Shown here one piece after another: positions 1 to 9,853 of a DNA stretch of 64,000 bases (positions are counted from its first letter, which is position 1; every line of letters starts with the position of its first letter). Location of the stretch: IMG/VR virus record IMGVR_UViG_3300006903_000002, positions 1,494-65,493 of that record; one strand, given 5' to 3'. Position numbers and translations under genes: made by a program. The DNA comes from a virus. Lineage: Duplodnaviria; Caudoviricetes. The notes below the pieces were generated by a model. That model had not been told where the DNA came from. It saw only the letters and a list, made by a program, of their open reading frames with translations, and searched no databases.

Positions 1-2
1 TG

Positions 3-629
3 GCTGCGGAGATTGCGCGGGCACTAGACCGGCCATTCTTCCGTATCTCATGTGGTCCGCAGACGGCGGCAAGTCAGATTTTCGGTCACACGACCGCCCA
101 CGGAGGGTATGCACAGGGAATCGCGTATCAAGCGTTGACGAATGAGAAGGGTGCAATCCTTCTCTTCGATGAATTCGACAGACTGAATCCGGCTGTGGGT
201 GTGATGGTCAACGGCCTGCTGGACGGCGGCGCGGTAACGTTTCCGAACGGTGAGACACTCAAGCAGACAGACAAGACGACCTATTTGGTTGCCGCTAATA
301 CCTTCGGGAAGCCTACCGCAGACTTCGGAACGGCCCTTCGACAAGATACCGCGACGATGAGTAGGTTTGTGAAGGTTTTTGTGCCTGTAGATGAGCAGCT
401 TGAGAAGGCGGTTTTTGGTGACGGTGAGTGGGTCAAGTTCGTGCAGAAGGTGAGGGGAGTTGTGAAGCGCCTTGGCGTCACTTCTCTCGTCGTCACCCCG
501 AGGGCGAGTGAATATGGTGTGAGGATGTTGGCGAGTGGCATGAGTCGGAAGACGGTTGAAGAGATGCTTTTGTGGAATGGCACACCCGATGAGGATGTGA
601 AGAAAATCAAGGCGAATCTACTCGTCTAA
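3..629 (+). CDS. MoxR/CobS-like AAA+ ATPase, 5' truncated by window edge
   Basis: Frame is open from base 3; Walker B ILLFDEFDR, AAN sensor-1 region and QDTATMSRF arginine finger; followed by a VWA-like partner. Confidence 0.85.
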   Translation, partial: AAEIARALDRPFFRISCGPQTAASQIFGHTTAHGGYAQGIAYQALTNEKGAILLFDEFDRLNPAVGVMVNGLLDGGAVTFPNGETLKQTDKTTYLVAANTFGKPTADFGTALRQDTATMSRFVKVFVPVDEQLEKAVFGDGEWVKFVQKVRGVVKRLGVTSLVVTPRASEYGVRMLASGMSRKTVEEMLLWNGTPDEDVKKIKANLLV

Positions 630-637
630 AGGAAGTT

Positions 638-1507
638 GTGAAAATGGCTGAAGACATCTATCGTCACTTCGACACCCTCTCATCCTTCTACGAAGCGTGC
701 AACAAGGAGAAGCAAATTAGTCGTTTGCGTTCGTCCTCGGACAAGGAAGATGTTTACAACCGTGGAGAAGGGTGGTTTGGCACTCAAGACTTTCCAGCCG
801 CAATCAAACTCGCCACAAACGGGTGGAAAGAGGGGGTGAAGATGGCAGAGCCGCTTGCACGCAAACTGAGTGAGGAGATGATTGAAACCCTCTCACGACC
901 GCAGGTGCAATATGAGGTTGAGGGAGAGATGTTCGACATGGGGAGGGTCATTCAAGAGGAGCCGGAATGTTGGTTCAAGTGGCATCCCGGACAAATCGAC
1001 TCATCGATGGATGAGAGTAATAAGGGGCCGGTGCGCATCGTCCTAAACAATTCTGTGAGTTGTGGTATCTCAACCGACATCATTAAGATGCGAGGTTGTG
1101 CTGTGATGGCACTTGCGATGGTGCTCAGTGCAGCCGACAGGCCAATCCAGATTGTGTCCACGACTCCACTGAAGGACGATGACTACTTCAGCAGAGACGC
1201 TTCGAAGCTGATTGAATTCGATGTAGTGTTGAAGGACTACTACGATGACATTCAAATGGATGCAGTTGCCTTCTCTCTCATGCACCCATCTTTCTTTCGA
1301 CGCTTCGGCTTTAGGATGATGGAAATCCTCGGAATTCAAAGCAGTGGTTATGGTTATCCGAAGGACTCCATCCACACCCAAAAAGGCGACATCTACCTCG
1401 GACAAGCGATGTGGGGAGACAACAAGTGGAAGAGTATGGAGAGTGCTGAGAAGTGGGTGAGGGAGCAGCTTGTGGCACAGGGCGTGCAATTCATTCAAGG
1501 AGCTTGA
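638..1507 (+). CDS. VWA-like partner of MoxR/CobS ATPase
   Basis: 289 aa; degenerate MIDAS-like segment IVLNNSVSCG, and HPSFFRR and GYGYP motifs typical of this phage family; adjacent to the AAA gene. Confidence 0.6.
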   Translation: MKMAEDIYRHFDTLSSFYEACNKEKQISRLRSSSDKEDVYNRGEGWFGTQDFPAAIKLATNGWKEGVKMAEPLARKLSEEMIETLSRPQVQYEVEGEMFDMGRVIQEEPECWFKWHPGQIDSSMDESNKGPVRIVLNNSVSCGISTDIIKMRGCAVMALAMVLSAADRPIQIVSTTPLKDDDYFSRDASKLIEFDVVLKDYYDDIQMDAVAFSLMHPSFFRRFGFRMMEILGIQSSGYGYPKDSIHTQKGDIYLGQAMWGDNKWKSMESAEKWVREQLVAQGVQFIQGA

Positions 1508-1509
1508 AA

Positions 1510-1722
1510 ATGGCAGAAGAAAATAACGCATCGTTTCCGTTCTTAGCAATTCTTGGACTTATCTTCATCACACTCAAATTGCTTGGCAAGATTGAGTGGA
1601 GTTGGTGGTGGGTGACACTGCCGTTGTGGGGACCGCCTGTGCTACTTGTAGTGGTCGCATTGGCCGCTCTTGTGGTGGGTGCAGTGGTGTGGGTGATTGT
1701 GTGGGCGTGGGAGAATCGGTAA
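1510..1722 (+). CDS. small membrane protein
   Basis: LIFITLKLLGKIEWSWWWVTLPLW, a common phage two-TM family. Confidence 0.75.
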   Translation: MAEENNASFPFLAILGLIFITLKLLGKIEWSWWWVTLPLWGPPVLLVVVALAALVVGAVVWVIVWAWENR

Positions 1723-1849
1723 TCAAGTGGATTAGTCAACGACTGTGCGTCTTCCACAAAACGGTGGATGCAAAGGAGTTGATGCTTAAGTCGGACGGGA
1801 AACAGCGACTATATGTCGAGTGCCCCGTCTGCGGATGGGAGTCAGAAGG

Positions 1850-2452
1850 ATGGACCCTGAAACAATAAAAAAGCATATTGAAGAGTTGGCAGACGCAATC
1901 GACAACTTTACCCCCGAAAAAGGGAAAGCCTACGATTCGTATACGCAGTTTGATTCGAGCGCGCACCTTGATAAGGTGGAGAGGTTGAAACAAATCGCTA
2001 CGGATGAGGGATACACATATACGGAAAATGCCCTTGCGGTTGCGAATGACGTTTTCAAGCTGTCTCCGATTGAGGCTTTCAAATTTATGCTGCGGGTGGA
2101 GCATACAGGCGGCGCGATGTTCAGAACGAAAAGCGGCAACATGAAGATGCTGTGGATTAATAAGGATGTTACAACGGACAGACAGCATGCAATCATCCTT
2201 GTCCACGAACTTGCACACGCGCTTTGCACAACGGACACACTTTTTGGAAACCTCTCTCAAAAGAGTCATGAGGCAATTGCCTATGGGGTGACACACATTT
2301 TCGGCAAAGCGTGGGACTTACCATACTACATGGATTCGTTGTTGTTTGCGCTTTACGTTCAGCGGGTGAAGGGGAAGGACTTGAGAGATGCGTCGGAAAC
2401 CATCGTCAACATTAGTGGACGAATCCTCTCCGCACTTGACACCGGAAAGTGA
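1850..2452 (+). CDS. HExxH zinc metallopeptidase-like (ImmA/IrrE-like) protein
   Basis: LVHELAHAL with downstream HEAIA. Confidence 0.6.
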   Translation: MDPETIKKHIEELADAIDNFTPEKGKAYDSYTQFDSSAHLDKVERLKQIATDEGYTYTENALAVANDVFKLSPIEAFKFMLRVEHTGGAMFRTKSGNMKMLWINKDVTTDRQHAIILVHELAHALCTTDTLFGNLSQKSHEAIAYGVTHIFGKAWDLPYYMDSLLFALYVQRVKGKDLRDASETIVNISGRILSALDTGK

Positions 2453-2663
2453 CTTCATAACACACACTCTACAACAACTAGAGGAGTTGAGGGCGCTCGA
2501 AAAGGTGAGTAGAACAGAGTGGGCGAAACGACTCAAATGGACGGGAACAAGGATTTGGCTTACCTTCAAGGGAGGGGACTTGATGCTCTCAACGGTTGCA
2601 AGGATGGCACACAAACTTGGTAAACGACCACTTATTGTGTTTGTAGATGAGGTGGAGAGATGA
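2388..2663 (+). CDS. putative HTH DNA-binding protein (start uncertain)
   Basis: VSRTEWAKRL...LSTVARMAHKLG resembles an XRE-type HTH. Confidence 0.45.
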   Translation: MRRKPSSTLVDESSPHLTPESDFITHTLQQLEELRALEKVSRTEWAKRLKWTGTRIWLTFKGGDLMLSTVARMAHKLGKRPLIVFVDEVER

Positions 2664-2995
2664 GTCAACAGCAAGAGATTTGGTTGGGGGAAGCACCAGA
2701 AGAGGGAGCAAAGCGAGATGCAATCCATGTGGCGGTAGCGCCTGCAATCGCGGGTGAGACGTTGTGGCCGGGAGACAAAGTGGGATTCAACCACGATAGG
2801 ACGATGACGACAAACACGAAAGTGTTTGTTGGAGTGGTGGACCCATTTAGCAACAAACTACAAAGGGGTGAGAGGTTTTGGCTTATCCTCTTCCCACAAA
2901 CGGTGCAAAACCTTCGGCACGAGTGGGACCATCCACAATTCCCGCAAGTCGAGGACAAAGAAGAGGAGTATTATGATGGCTGTTCAGGATGTTGA
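2660..2995 (+). CDS. hypothetical phage protein
   Basis: ATGA overlap, SD GGAG, RDAIHVAV...GVVDPF...LRHEWDHP motifs. Confidence 0.7.
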   Translation: MSQQQEIWLGEAPEEGAKRDAIHVAVAPAIAGETLWPGDKVGFNHDRTMTTNTKVFVGVVDPFSNKLQRGERFWLILFPQTVQNLRHEWDHPQFPQVEDKEEEYYDGCSGC

Positions 2996-3844
2996 CCTAG
3001 TAGAGAGGCTACGGCTATATGCGGCGGTAAGTCCAATGCCTGCGGCTACGACGATGGAGGAGGCCGCGAAGGAGATTGAAAGGCTTCGAAAACGATTGGA
3101 GCAATTGGAGGAAGACGGTGCCTAAGAAGAGCGTGAAGAAGAAGAAGGCGACAAAAGTCGCATGGTTGACGCTTGCAAAGAGTGGGCGCATTCCGAGTGC
3201 GGACGGAACGTGGATTGCTGCGGAGAGGGTGAAGGATTCGGTTGCACACGATTTCCAGCATGGGTATCACATCAAATGATTGAAATTATTCACGCAGCGA
3301 ACCAACTGACGTGGCCGGGAGCCATCTTCCTCTCCGTCCTGTGTCTTTGTGTTTTGGGTTACTTCGCCTTATTCATTAGGGGTATCTTTTGACTAGGCCG
3401 TTGAACTGGATACTTGTTGCGAGCGCAATCATAGTTGAGTTGGCAACAGGATTAGCGTATTTGTTGCCTACCATTCCCAATACCTACGGTCCTCATCCCA
3501 CCTTGGGCGTTCTTCTCGTGGTGGCAGGACTTGTAGCAATACTTGCGTTGTTAGATGCCTTTTTGGAAGAAACAAAATGAAGAAGCTATTCGAAATGACG
3601 CTTGGGTGGGAAGTGGATAATATGATGCGCATTCGCTCTACCCTTGACCCGCAAGTCATCCAACACGTTGATGGAAGGCATGTCGCGGAAGCAATTGCGA
3701 AGAGTCGGGGGAGTAGGCAGAAGCGGTTTGTTGAAAGATATTTGCAGGGGTTCAGTGGAAGGGAAGTGCAATGACACAAGACATTGTGTTTGCGGGGATT
3801 ATCGTCGTCATTTTAATACGTCTAGTGGTAGCTATAGTTGAGTC

Positions 3845-4705
3845 CTAGGACTTGTCCTCCTTCAACCTCCTCAACATAGAACGACAAGCCTCTTTATGCA
3901 ATCCACACTCTTCACTCATAATTTCCGCGAGGGAATTGATAGACTCCTTCGGGTTGTTGATAAGGAGGGTAGTGGCCTTTTGCTTCATCATCAGATTGTC
4001 AATCCTCCACATATAGTGTGGGGTGCGACTAACGTTCAGCTTATGTTCTCCAATGGTACGTCCTTCATACATCATTTGCTTCTTTCCGACGTGCAGAACG
4101 GTGTCCATTCTCGCGGGCAGGGCATTCGAACCCCTCTGTTCGCTCATCAAGTCGAAGTAGTCAGGGTTTCCCTTTCGGCTATGCGACACAATAACGATGG
4201 CACTCGGCCTACAACCAAGTTCAAGACCTTGCAAAACCTTCTCAATCACAAAGCTTCTATCCTCATCTCCCTCATGCAGTTGGCGAATGGTGTCGATGAA
4301 CACTGCGACGGGATTGATGGGAGGGATGTAGGTGCGAAGATACTGACAACCTGTCGAATGGATGTCGAAGGGAAACGGTGTCATCTCCCTATCCGCGAAG
4401 AAGATGTTGTCAATCTTCCACCCCTCAAGAGCAATTTGCTGATTGCGCTGCTGCCACAACTCCCGTGGGGTGTCGAGTTGCAGATAGCAGACTGGTCCGT
4501 GGATGTGGATTGGGAACCCAAGGAAGTCCTCCCTTGTGGCATCACTTATGCAACTTGCCATTTGGAGGGCAGCAAACGACTTACCGACCTTGGGTTTGCC
4601 GAAGATGTTTAGGAAGCCACTAACGGGGAGCAAGTCCTCCACCACCCACACTTTAGCCGCATGGGGCAATTGTAGGTATTGTGGGCCTGCGGCGAAAGAT
4701 TGCAT
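3845..4705 (-). CDS. AAA_25 / RepA-type SF4 helicase-like ATPase
   Basis: Walker A GKPKVGKS, Walker B VFIDT, SHSRKG and RGSNAL motifs; start placed at ATG 4705 next to an extended -10. Confidence 0.85.
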   Translation of the reverse strand: MQSFAAGPQYLQLPHAAKVWVVEDLLPVSGFLNIFGKPKVGKSFAALQMASCISDATREDFLGFPIHIHGPVCYLQLDTPRELWQQRNQQIALEGWKIDNIFFADREMTPFPFDIHSTGCQYLRTYIPPINPVAVFIDTIRQLHEGDEDRSFVIEKVLQGLELGCRPSAIVIVSHSRKGNPDYFDLMSEQRGSNALPARMDTVLHVGKKQMMYEGRTIGEHKLNVSRTPHYMWRIDNLMMKQKATTLLINNPKESINSLAEIMSEECGLHKEACRSMLRRLKEDKS

Positions 4706-4712
4706 TCTTTTA

Positions 4713-4723
4713 ATTGTAGCACA
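4713..4723 (-). promoter_or_regulatory. extended -10 promoter, leaderless, for the helicase gene
   Basis: Minus strand TGTGC-TACAAT-N7-ATG; no SD. Confidence 0.55.
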
Positions 4724-4735
4724 ATGGAGTGATGC

Positions 4736-5029
4736 ATGACCGAAACAGACATCCTCAGCCCGCACGCGCAGAAGAGTGAATGTAAGAGGATTGACGTGGC
4801 GAAGGAAGTGTGCTACATTAAGTTCAATCCTCTCAAGCACTTAGACGGGAAGAAGCTGGATGAGGTAATGGAAGTGAAGAGAGTCATCCTCATTGCAGCG
4901 GAAACCGTCCGTGGGGAGACGCTGGCGCTCGATGTGAATGCGGGAGGGGAGATTGTGGGGATAGAGTTGATTGCGCCCGGAATGAAGCCCTGTCAACCTA
5001 GTTGGCAACATAATGAAAGGACACATTAA
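4736..5029 (+). CDS. DUF2283-like small protein
   Basis: YIKF...LDVNAGGEIVGIELI pattern. Confidence 0.55.
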   Translation: MTETDILSPHAQKSECKRIDVAKEVCYIKFNPLKHLDGKKLDEVMEVKRVILIAAETVRGETLALDVNAGGEIVGIELIAPGMKPCQPSWQHNERTH

Positions 5030-5238
5030 TGGGATGGAGTTTAGAAGACTTTAGCGAGTTAGGGAAGTTGTTAGACAAGCGTGCAGATGCGATTACGCAA
5101 AGGTGGGGGAACGACCCGCAGGATGTGAAGGTTTTGATTGACTTCATTTCTCGTTTGAGCGATGATGATTTTAGGAGCCTTTGTGACGTGGCAACAATCG
5201 GATACGCATTGGGCGTAGAGGAAGAAAATGGTTCATAA
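5029..5238 (+). CDS. hypothetical protein
   Basis: TAATG coupling with the upstream gene. Confidence 0.6.
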   Translation: MGWSLEDFSELGKLLDKRADAITQRWGNDPQDVKVLIDFISRLSDDDFRSLCDVATIGYALGVEEENGS

Positions 5239-5497
5239 ACAGTATGAAGAGATGATTCACAAGATGTCGAAGGAAGTGATTGAGACGCTTCCGAAGGAGC
5301 ACCGGGCGTATGCGGCAGGATTGGGCGTTACCGTCAGTGCAGCACTCATTTTGGCGCGGCTAAACGACATGGATGTGCCCGCAACCGTAGACATCGCAAT
5401 CCTTCGGTTGATTGCAAACCAACTGGAGATGTTCGAAGAGGAGCTTAGGAAGCAACATGAGACAGTTGTTCGGACAGACAAAGAAATTCAGCATTAG
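5228..5497 (+). CDS. hypothetical protein
   Basis: SD GAGG, tight gene packing. Confidence 0.6.
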   Translation: MVHKQYEEMIHKMSKEVIETLPKEHRAYAAGLGVTVSAALILARLNDMDVPATVDIAILRLIANQLEMFEEELRKQHETVVRTDKEIQH

Positions 5498-5663
5498 ACA
5501 GTCGGATGTGGGTGCAATCATTCTCCTCAAAGACCTTGAGGAGAGGAAGATTACACTCGAAGATGTGGGAAGGGTGTATGTGGTGGACGCGAAGGGCGAC
5601 TATATAGAGGATGCGCCACAACCACGAGAAGAAGATGATGAGTTTGATGAAGAGGAGTGGTAA

Positions 5664-6365
5664 GTGAGCGTTCCGAATGGCTTCTATCTTACGCTGAAGC
5701 AGCTTGCAAATCTTTCCAAAGGGGATTGGAAAAGGGTAGACCTATTTCTCGGAGAGCCTTTTGAGGGAGACAAGCGTGTATTCAACGAGAGCACCCCGAC
5801 TGAAGTTGTTGATTGGGTTCACTCTAAAATGGAAGATGGTGGGGAGACGTGGTGCAAGGGGCACAGTTGTTGGGAACCAACTCCGCACGCCTGTTACAAA
5901 CAGTTTACTGCCCCCGAATACAATGTTGAATTGCCAAAAAGCAATCCGCAGGTGGAGAGGGCCATTCAGGAATTGATGAGCAGGCAAGGATATGCACAAA
6001 GTTCTCCGGGGATGCAGAGGGCGCTCAAAAACTATAAAGAGAAGGGGGAACTTCCCGCAGGATTCGACTCCGCAAAGGCGCTCGAAGAAGTGCAGAGGAT
6101 GAAGCGCATCAAACACCTCGAAGAATTACAGAAGAGAAACGCTCATTCCGCTGCTCAACGTTCTAAGGGTCTTGAAGAACTTCTTCAAGAGAAAGGGACT
6201 TGGCAATTGACACACTTGAACCGTTGCCCCGATTGTCAAATCGACACCGTGCGCTACACGCAGGAACCACCCCCGCAACCGAAAGATGTTGCAGACAGGC
6301 TCATTTATAGTGAGAAGCCGTGTGGTTGCACGAAACTTGCAGAACTACTCGCGTCGGGAGTTTGA
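5664..6365 (+). CDS. hypothetical protein with Cys/His clusters
   Basis: 233 aa; CKGHSC, CPDC and CGC motifs; SD AGGAG. Confidence 0.6.
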   Translation: MSVPNGFYLTLKQLANLSKGDWKRVDLFLGEPFEGDKRVFNESTPTEVVDWVHSKMEDGGETWCKGHSCWEPTPHACYKQFTAPEYNVELPKSNPQVERAIQELMSRQGYAQSSPGMQRALKNYKEKGELPAGFDSAKALEEVQRMKRIKHLEELQKRNAHSAAQRSKGLEELLQEKGTWQLTHLNRCPDCQIDTVRYTQEPPPQPKDVADRLIYSEKPCGCTKLAELLASGV

Positions 6366-6375
6366 TTATTTTTGT

Positions 6376-6453
6376 CCCACATTAGACCACGTTGGCAGAG
6401 TCAACAGACTCAAACCCTGTGTAGGACAGGTTCGACACCTGTATGTGGGACCA
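6376..6453 (+). tRNA. tRNA-Leu(CAA), short variable region
   Basis: Acceptor CCCACAT/ATGTGGG-A-CCA; loop CT-CAA-AC; T arm ACAGG TTCGACA CCTGT. Confidence 0.8.
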
Positions 6454-6464
6454 ACACAAGTTGT

Positions 6465-6555
6465 GGTGACGTAGACCCGTAGAGGGCGGGGGCAGACTGT
6501 AAATCTGTTGGGCCTAAAAACCCCCCGGACGGTGCGACTCCTCCCGGCACCACCA
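6465..6555 (+). tRNA. tRNA-Tyr(GTA)
   Basis: GCAGA CT-GTA-AA TCTGT; long variable arm; ends ACCA. Confidence 0.8.
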
Positions 6556-6839
6556 AAAAAGAGGAAAAGTCATGGATGAACAAAAGCGGTCAGAACTTTA
6601 TACAGCAAAGTTGGAAGTGAGCCAACCCTTCAAGACCACCAAAATCACGTTGGTTGCAAGTGCGATGACGGGGAAGGTAGAAGATGTTCATGAGGGGATG
6701 GAGATACTTGTTAAGGCTTTGCGAGAGGTTTTCCCAAAAGTATAATTGCTTCGTCGGGAGGCACGAATTCACACCTGACGTGAATGCAAAATTCGACTAT
6801 TGCCGAAGGTGTGGGAAGCGTGTGCGGATAATATGAGTT

Positions 6840-6927
6840 GGTAGGCATTCCGGCTGGATGAGGAACCCGTTTGCTAAACGGGCGCACCTAAGACGTGTTA
6901 CAGGTTCGAGTCCTGTGCCTACCGCCA
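6840..6927 (+). tRNA. tRNA-Ser(GCT)
   Basis: GGTAGGC/GCCTACC-G-CCA; CCCGT TT-GCT-AA ACGGG; long variable arm. Confidence 0.92.
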
Positions 6928-7112
6928 ACACCTCAAGACGGGACCACAAGAATGTTTCTAATTCCACTCAAGTTGAAGTATCTAACGAAGAAATATCCAT
7001 ACAAGGCAGGACTCTACCGAATGAGGACAGGGAATAGTCATGGACCGACTCCAAAAGTCCCTAAGAACCGTCAGGGGATTGGTCCAAGGCGGAGACACAT
7101 TTGACGCCTACT

Positions 7113-7206
7113 GGAAGAGTGCGGCCAATTGGTAGGCTAACTGTCTTGAAAACAGAGCCACCCACGACGAGTGGGTGTGGGGGTTCGAATCCCTCCTCTT
7201 CCGCCA
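7113..7206 (+). tRNA. tRNA-Ser(TGA)
   Basis: GGAAGAG/CTCTTCC-G-CCA; CT-TGA-AA loop; long variable arm; GGGGG TTCGAAT CCCTC. Confidence 0.92.
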
Positions 7207-7265
7207 CACAATTCGTGATTTGTAATAAGAAGGCATTTTACAGTAATAAGAGGAAGGTGAATGCG

Positions 7266-7511
7266 GTGAATGAGTGGGACCCTCTCCTCACGGACAAAGA
7301 GACACGAGATAGGTTGAAGTCCCTTCTTGACCGCCTCCCCGACTACCTCACCCACCGGGAAGCACTCTTGAAGGCTGTTGAAGACGGGAAGGCAAAGGAT
7401 GCAGTAGACGTGCTCAACGTTTATTTGGATGAGATAACAAGGTGTGGAGGCATTTTAATGGTAATTGCAAGGGGGGAAGATGACACAATCGCAATTGGAC
7501 ACAATTCTTAA
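7266..7511 (+). CDS. hypothetical protein
   Basis: GTG start after AGGAAGGTG; the longer track ORF runs through a tRNA. Confidence 0.55.
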   Translation: MNEWDPLLTDKETRDRLKSLLDRLPDYLTHREALLKAVEDGKAKDAVDVLNVYLDEITRCGGILMVIARGEDDTIAIGHNS

Positions 7512-7875
7512 CAACATCTCACTCCCGACAGGGTGGGACATCGAAGTGCACGACAAGGGGGATGGGTGGTTGGTGCAGATTGTCTTCGACGCAACCGACA
7601 TCCACACAGGACAATACAAAGAGCAGCGTTGTAGGAAGTGGTATGTATCGTCTCACGCAGTCACAAGTGAGGTTGTTAGAACGGTCTACAAAGCAGGACT
7701 TGCAGCCCTTGAACATGAGTTTGATGAGACATTCCGTTACAAGGATGTTGCCATTTACAATCCTCATCTGAACGTGGAGGATTTGGCACAGATTGTGGAT
7801 GGACCAGAACGGGATGTGAGGGAGGACAGGCGAGATGGAACAGCCAAAGGAACTCCTCAAACTGAGTCTAAGTAG
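7480..7875 (+). CDS. conserved phage hypothetical protein
   Basis: QRCRKWYVS...EVVRT...EHEFDETFRY...IYNPH motif; SD GGGGG. Confidence 0.75.
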   Translation: MTQSQLDTILNNISLPTGWDIEVHDKGDGWLVQIVFDATDIHTGQYKEQRCRKWYVSSHAVTSEVVRTVYKAGLAALEHEFDETFRYKDVAIYNPHLNVEDLAQIVDGPERDVREDRRDGTAKGTPQTESK

Positions 7876-8080
7876 CGCGAGTGGGATTTTCGACAACCCC
7901 CTCTTCACTTTCCTGCCGTTGTTTGGGTTTGCAAAGAACATCCCACACGCCCTCAAGCTCATGCGACAGGGAGATGTGAAGGTAAATGGGGAGGTTGTGA
8001 ACAACTCTTACATCCTACGTAGTGGAGATTGCATTCAAGTAGGACAAAATGCTATAGTAGTATTAGACTCACCCTTGTAG
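7835..8080 (+). CDS. S4-like RNA-binding domain protein
   Basis: KLMRQGDVKVNGEVV...LRSGDCIQVG matches the S4 consensus. Confidence 0.7.
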   Translation: MEQPKELLKLSLSSASGIFDNPLFTFLPLFGFAKNIPHALKLMRQGDVKVNGEVVNNSYILRSGDCIQVGQNAIVVLDSPL

Positions 8081-8680
8081 GAGTGAAAGATGGGACAAAC
8101 AGTAAATGTGTCTTGTAGCCAATAGGATGCCCGCATTGCGCGCTTATGGCAGTGGTAAATGGTTTGCCATAGACGTATTAACTACCCTTAATGGTGAACC
8201 ATATCAAGTGCGCGTGAAGGTGTTAAGGTGGTATTTCTACTCTCCATTATTAGGAATAAAAGCTATGAAACATAGTAATGTGACGGAGGAGCGACGACAA
8301 GCCCTGACCTATCACGTTTCAGAATGGGCCAACGAGAATGACGGCGGCTGGGGAGTTGCGGCACAGTGGACGCCTGAAGGTGGTGGCCGTGCTGGTGGAA
8401 TCGTCGCACGAACGAATACGCGAGAAGAGGCTGAACGATTGTGCGAAGTTCTCAAGGCCGAAGCCGCCCGCGCCCTCGTGCGTGCCCGTCTTTGTAGACG
8501 AGCGGCTGACGGCCCTGCTGGAGAAACTGACGCGCTACGACTTGGTGCAATATGGCGGCTACTACAAAGACCATCGGATAGAACCAAGCGAAGGTGGCGA
8601 CTATGTGCGTTTCGATGAACTTGAAGCCGTCCTCGGCCTCCCGCGAGATGGCACAAAAGATGCAATCAAAGTAGATTGTG

Positions 8681-8899
8681 ATGAAAGTTAAACTTGCACA
8701 ATTGTATGAGTCAAAGAGCAATCCCAAACAACCTCCTTATGTGGTTGTGTGGCTAGAGGATGGGAAGCTCATGTGCAATTGCAAAGGATGGACAATCTAC
8801 AAAAACAAGCCACGGAGTTGCACCCACTGTGAACAGTTTGCAAAGGAGCACAAGTTGATGTTGTGGGGTGAGGGAGATTATGTGTTTGCAGAGGAGTAA
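8681..8899 (+). CDS. SWIM-type zinc finger protein
   Basis: CNC-KGW-x8-CTH. Confidence 0.7.
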   Translation: MKVKLAQLYESKSNPKQPPYVVVWLEDGKLMCNCKGWTIYKNKPRSCTHCEQFAKEHKLMLWGEGDYVFAEE

Positions 8900-9033
8900 T
8901 ATGTGTTTGAATTAGCAACTGTCGTGGGTTTGTTGTGGATGCTCTTTTGTGGTCTTGTTGGCATCGTCTTTGCAGGTGCAGTCTGTGCACGGGTGCTGAC
9001 GTGGTTACTTGAGTGGGTTAAGGGAGGCTTGAA

Positions 9034-9222
9034 GTGAAGATAATTGTGCAATTCAGGGATGGGCGGGAGTCGCAGAAGTTTTCTAACGCGGATGGGGTGC
9101 AGGTAGGCGGTCAGGTCATGATTGTAGGGAATGAATCGAAGGCACCCATCGCCATCATCCCCATCGAGGTAGTGAGGTGTGTCTTGTATCCTGAGAACGA
9201 CTCTCCGATTGTGAGGATTTAA
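9034..9222 (+). CDS. hypothetical protein
   Basis: SD GGAGG, GTG start. Confidence 0.6.
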   Translation: MKIIVQFRDGRESQKFSNADGVQVGGQVMIVGNESKAPIAIIPIEVVRCVLYPENDSPIVRI

Positions 9223-9369
9223 TGGGCGCGCACATTTTTGTGCTGAGTGGGAGACAGTTGAAGGAGTTGGCAGAATTCTTGCGCCCGCAGACTCCCTTCA
9301 GCCACCTCCCCACCTTGAGTGAGTCGATTAAGTTGATTTGTGACGCGGCAAAACATATTAAGAAGGAGG

Positions 9370-9630
9370 ATGAAGATGATTGATGAGCTGAAAGAACTAC
9401 TGCCAGATGATATTGGCGTTGTGGAGTATCGAAGCCTTGCGCAGGCCGTCGAGAAGGCATTGGATGAGGACAAGGCTAATGAGGGAATGGACCCGCCTTC
9501 CGACGAAACATTGTCGATGTGGTTCAATGCATTGTCGTTGAAGGACAGAATCAACGTGCTAGCGGTAGGGTTTGTAAGTGAATTCTATTTCCGTGTGCCA
9601 AAGACGGTTTTCAAACAACAGGAGAAGTAA
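9370..9630 (+). CDS. hypothetical protein (paralog of next gene)
   Basis: PPSDETLSMWFNALSLKDR. Confidence 0.65.
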   Translation: MKMIDELKELLPDDIGVVEYRSLAQAVEKALDEDKANEGMDPPSDETLSMWFNALSLKDRINVLAVGFVSEFYFRVPKTVFKQQEK

Positions 9631-9631
9631 G

Positions 9632-9853
9632 ATGGCAGTTTTATATACAAAGCTTGGAAAGCTTACAAGCGCGACCTTAGATAGGGATGAGGAGTTGCAT
9701 CCCACCCATCAGAATCCACCCTCAGATGAGGAGCTTGCAGGGTGGTTTGATAAGTTGAGCCATGAGGATAGGATGATGGCGCTGGGGGTTGCTTTTGTGA
9801 TAAAGCATGAAGGTGCAGTGCCCGACGATTTCTATGATAACCAACAGAAGTAA
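9632..9853 (+). CDS. hypothetical protein (paralog of previous gene)
   Basis: PPSDEELAGWFDKLSHEDR. Confidence 0.65.
   Translation: MAVLYTKLGKLTSATLDRDEELHPTHQNPPSDEELAGWFDKLSHEDRMMALGVAFVIKHEGAVPDDFYDNQQK

Noticed and set aside
3896-4612. 238-aa plus-strand ORF and similar long antisense ORFs (e.g. 38360-39040, 63221-63997)
   Set aside because: Shadows of motif-bearing or SD-led genes on the opposite strand, with no recognisable motifs
6376-6453. Opal suppressor or Sec tRNA (TCA reading)
   Set aside because: Centring the loop gives CAA; there are no Sec features, and TGA acts as a normal stop in many ATGA overlaps
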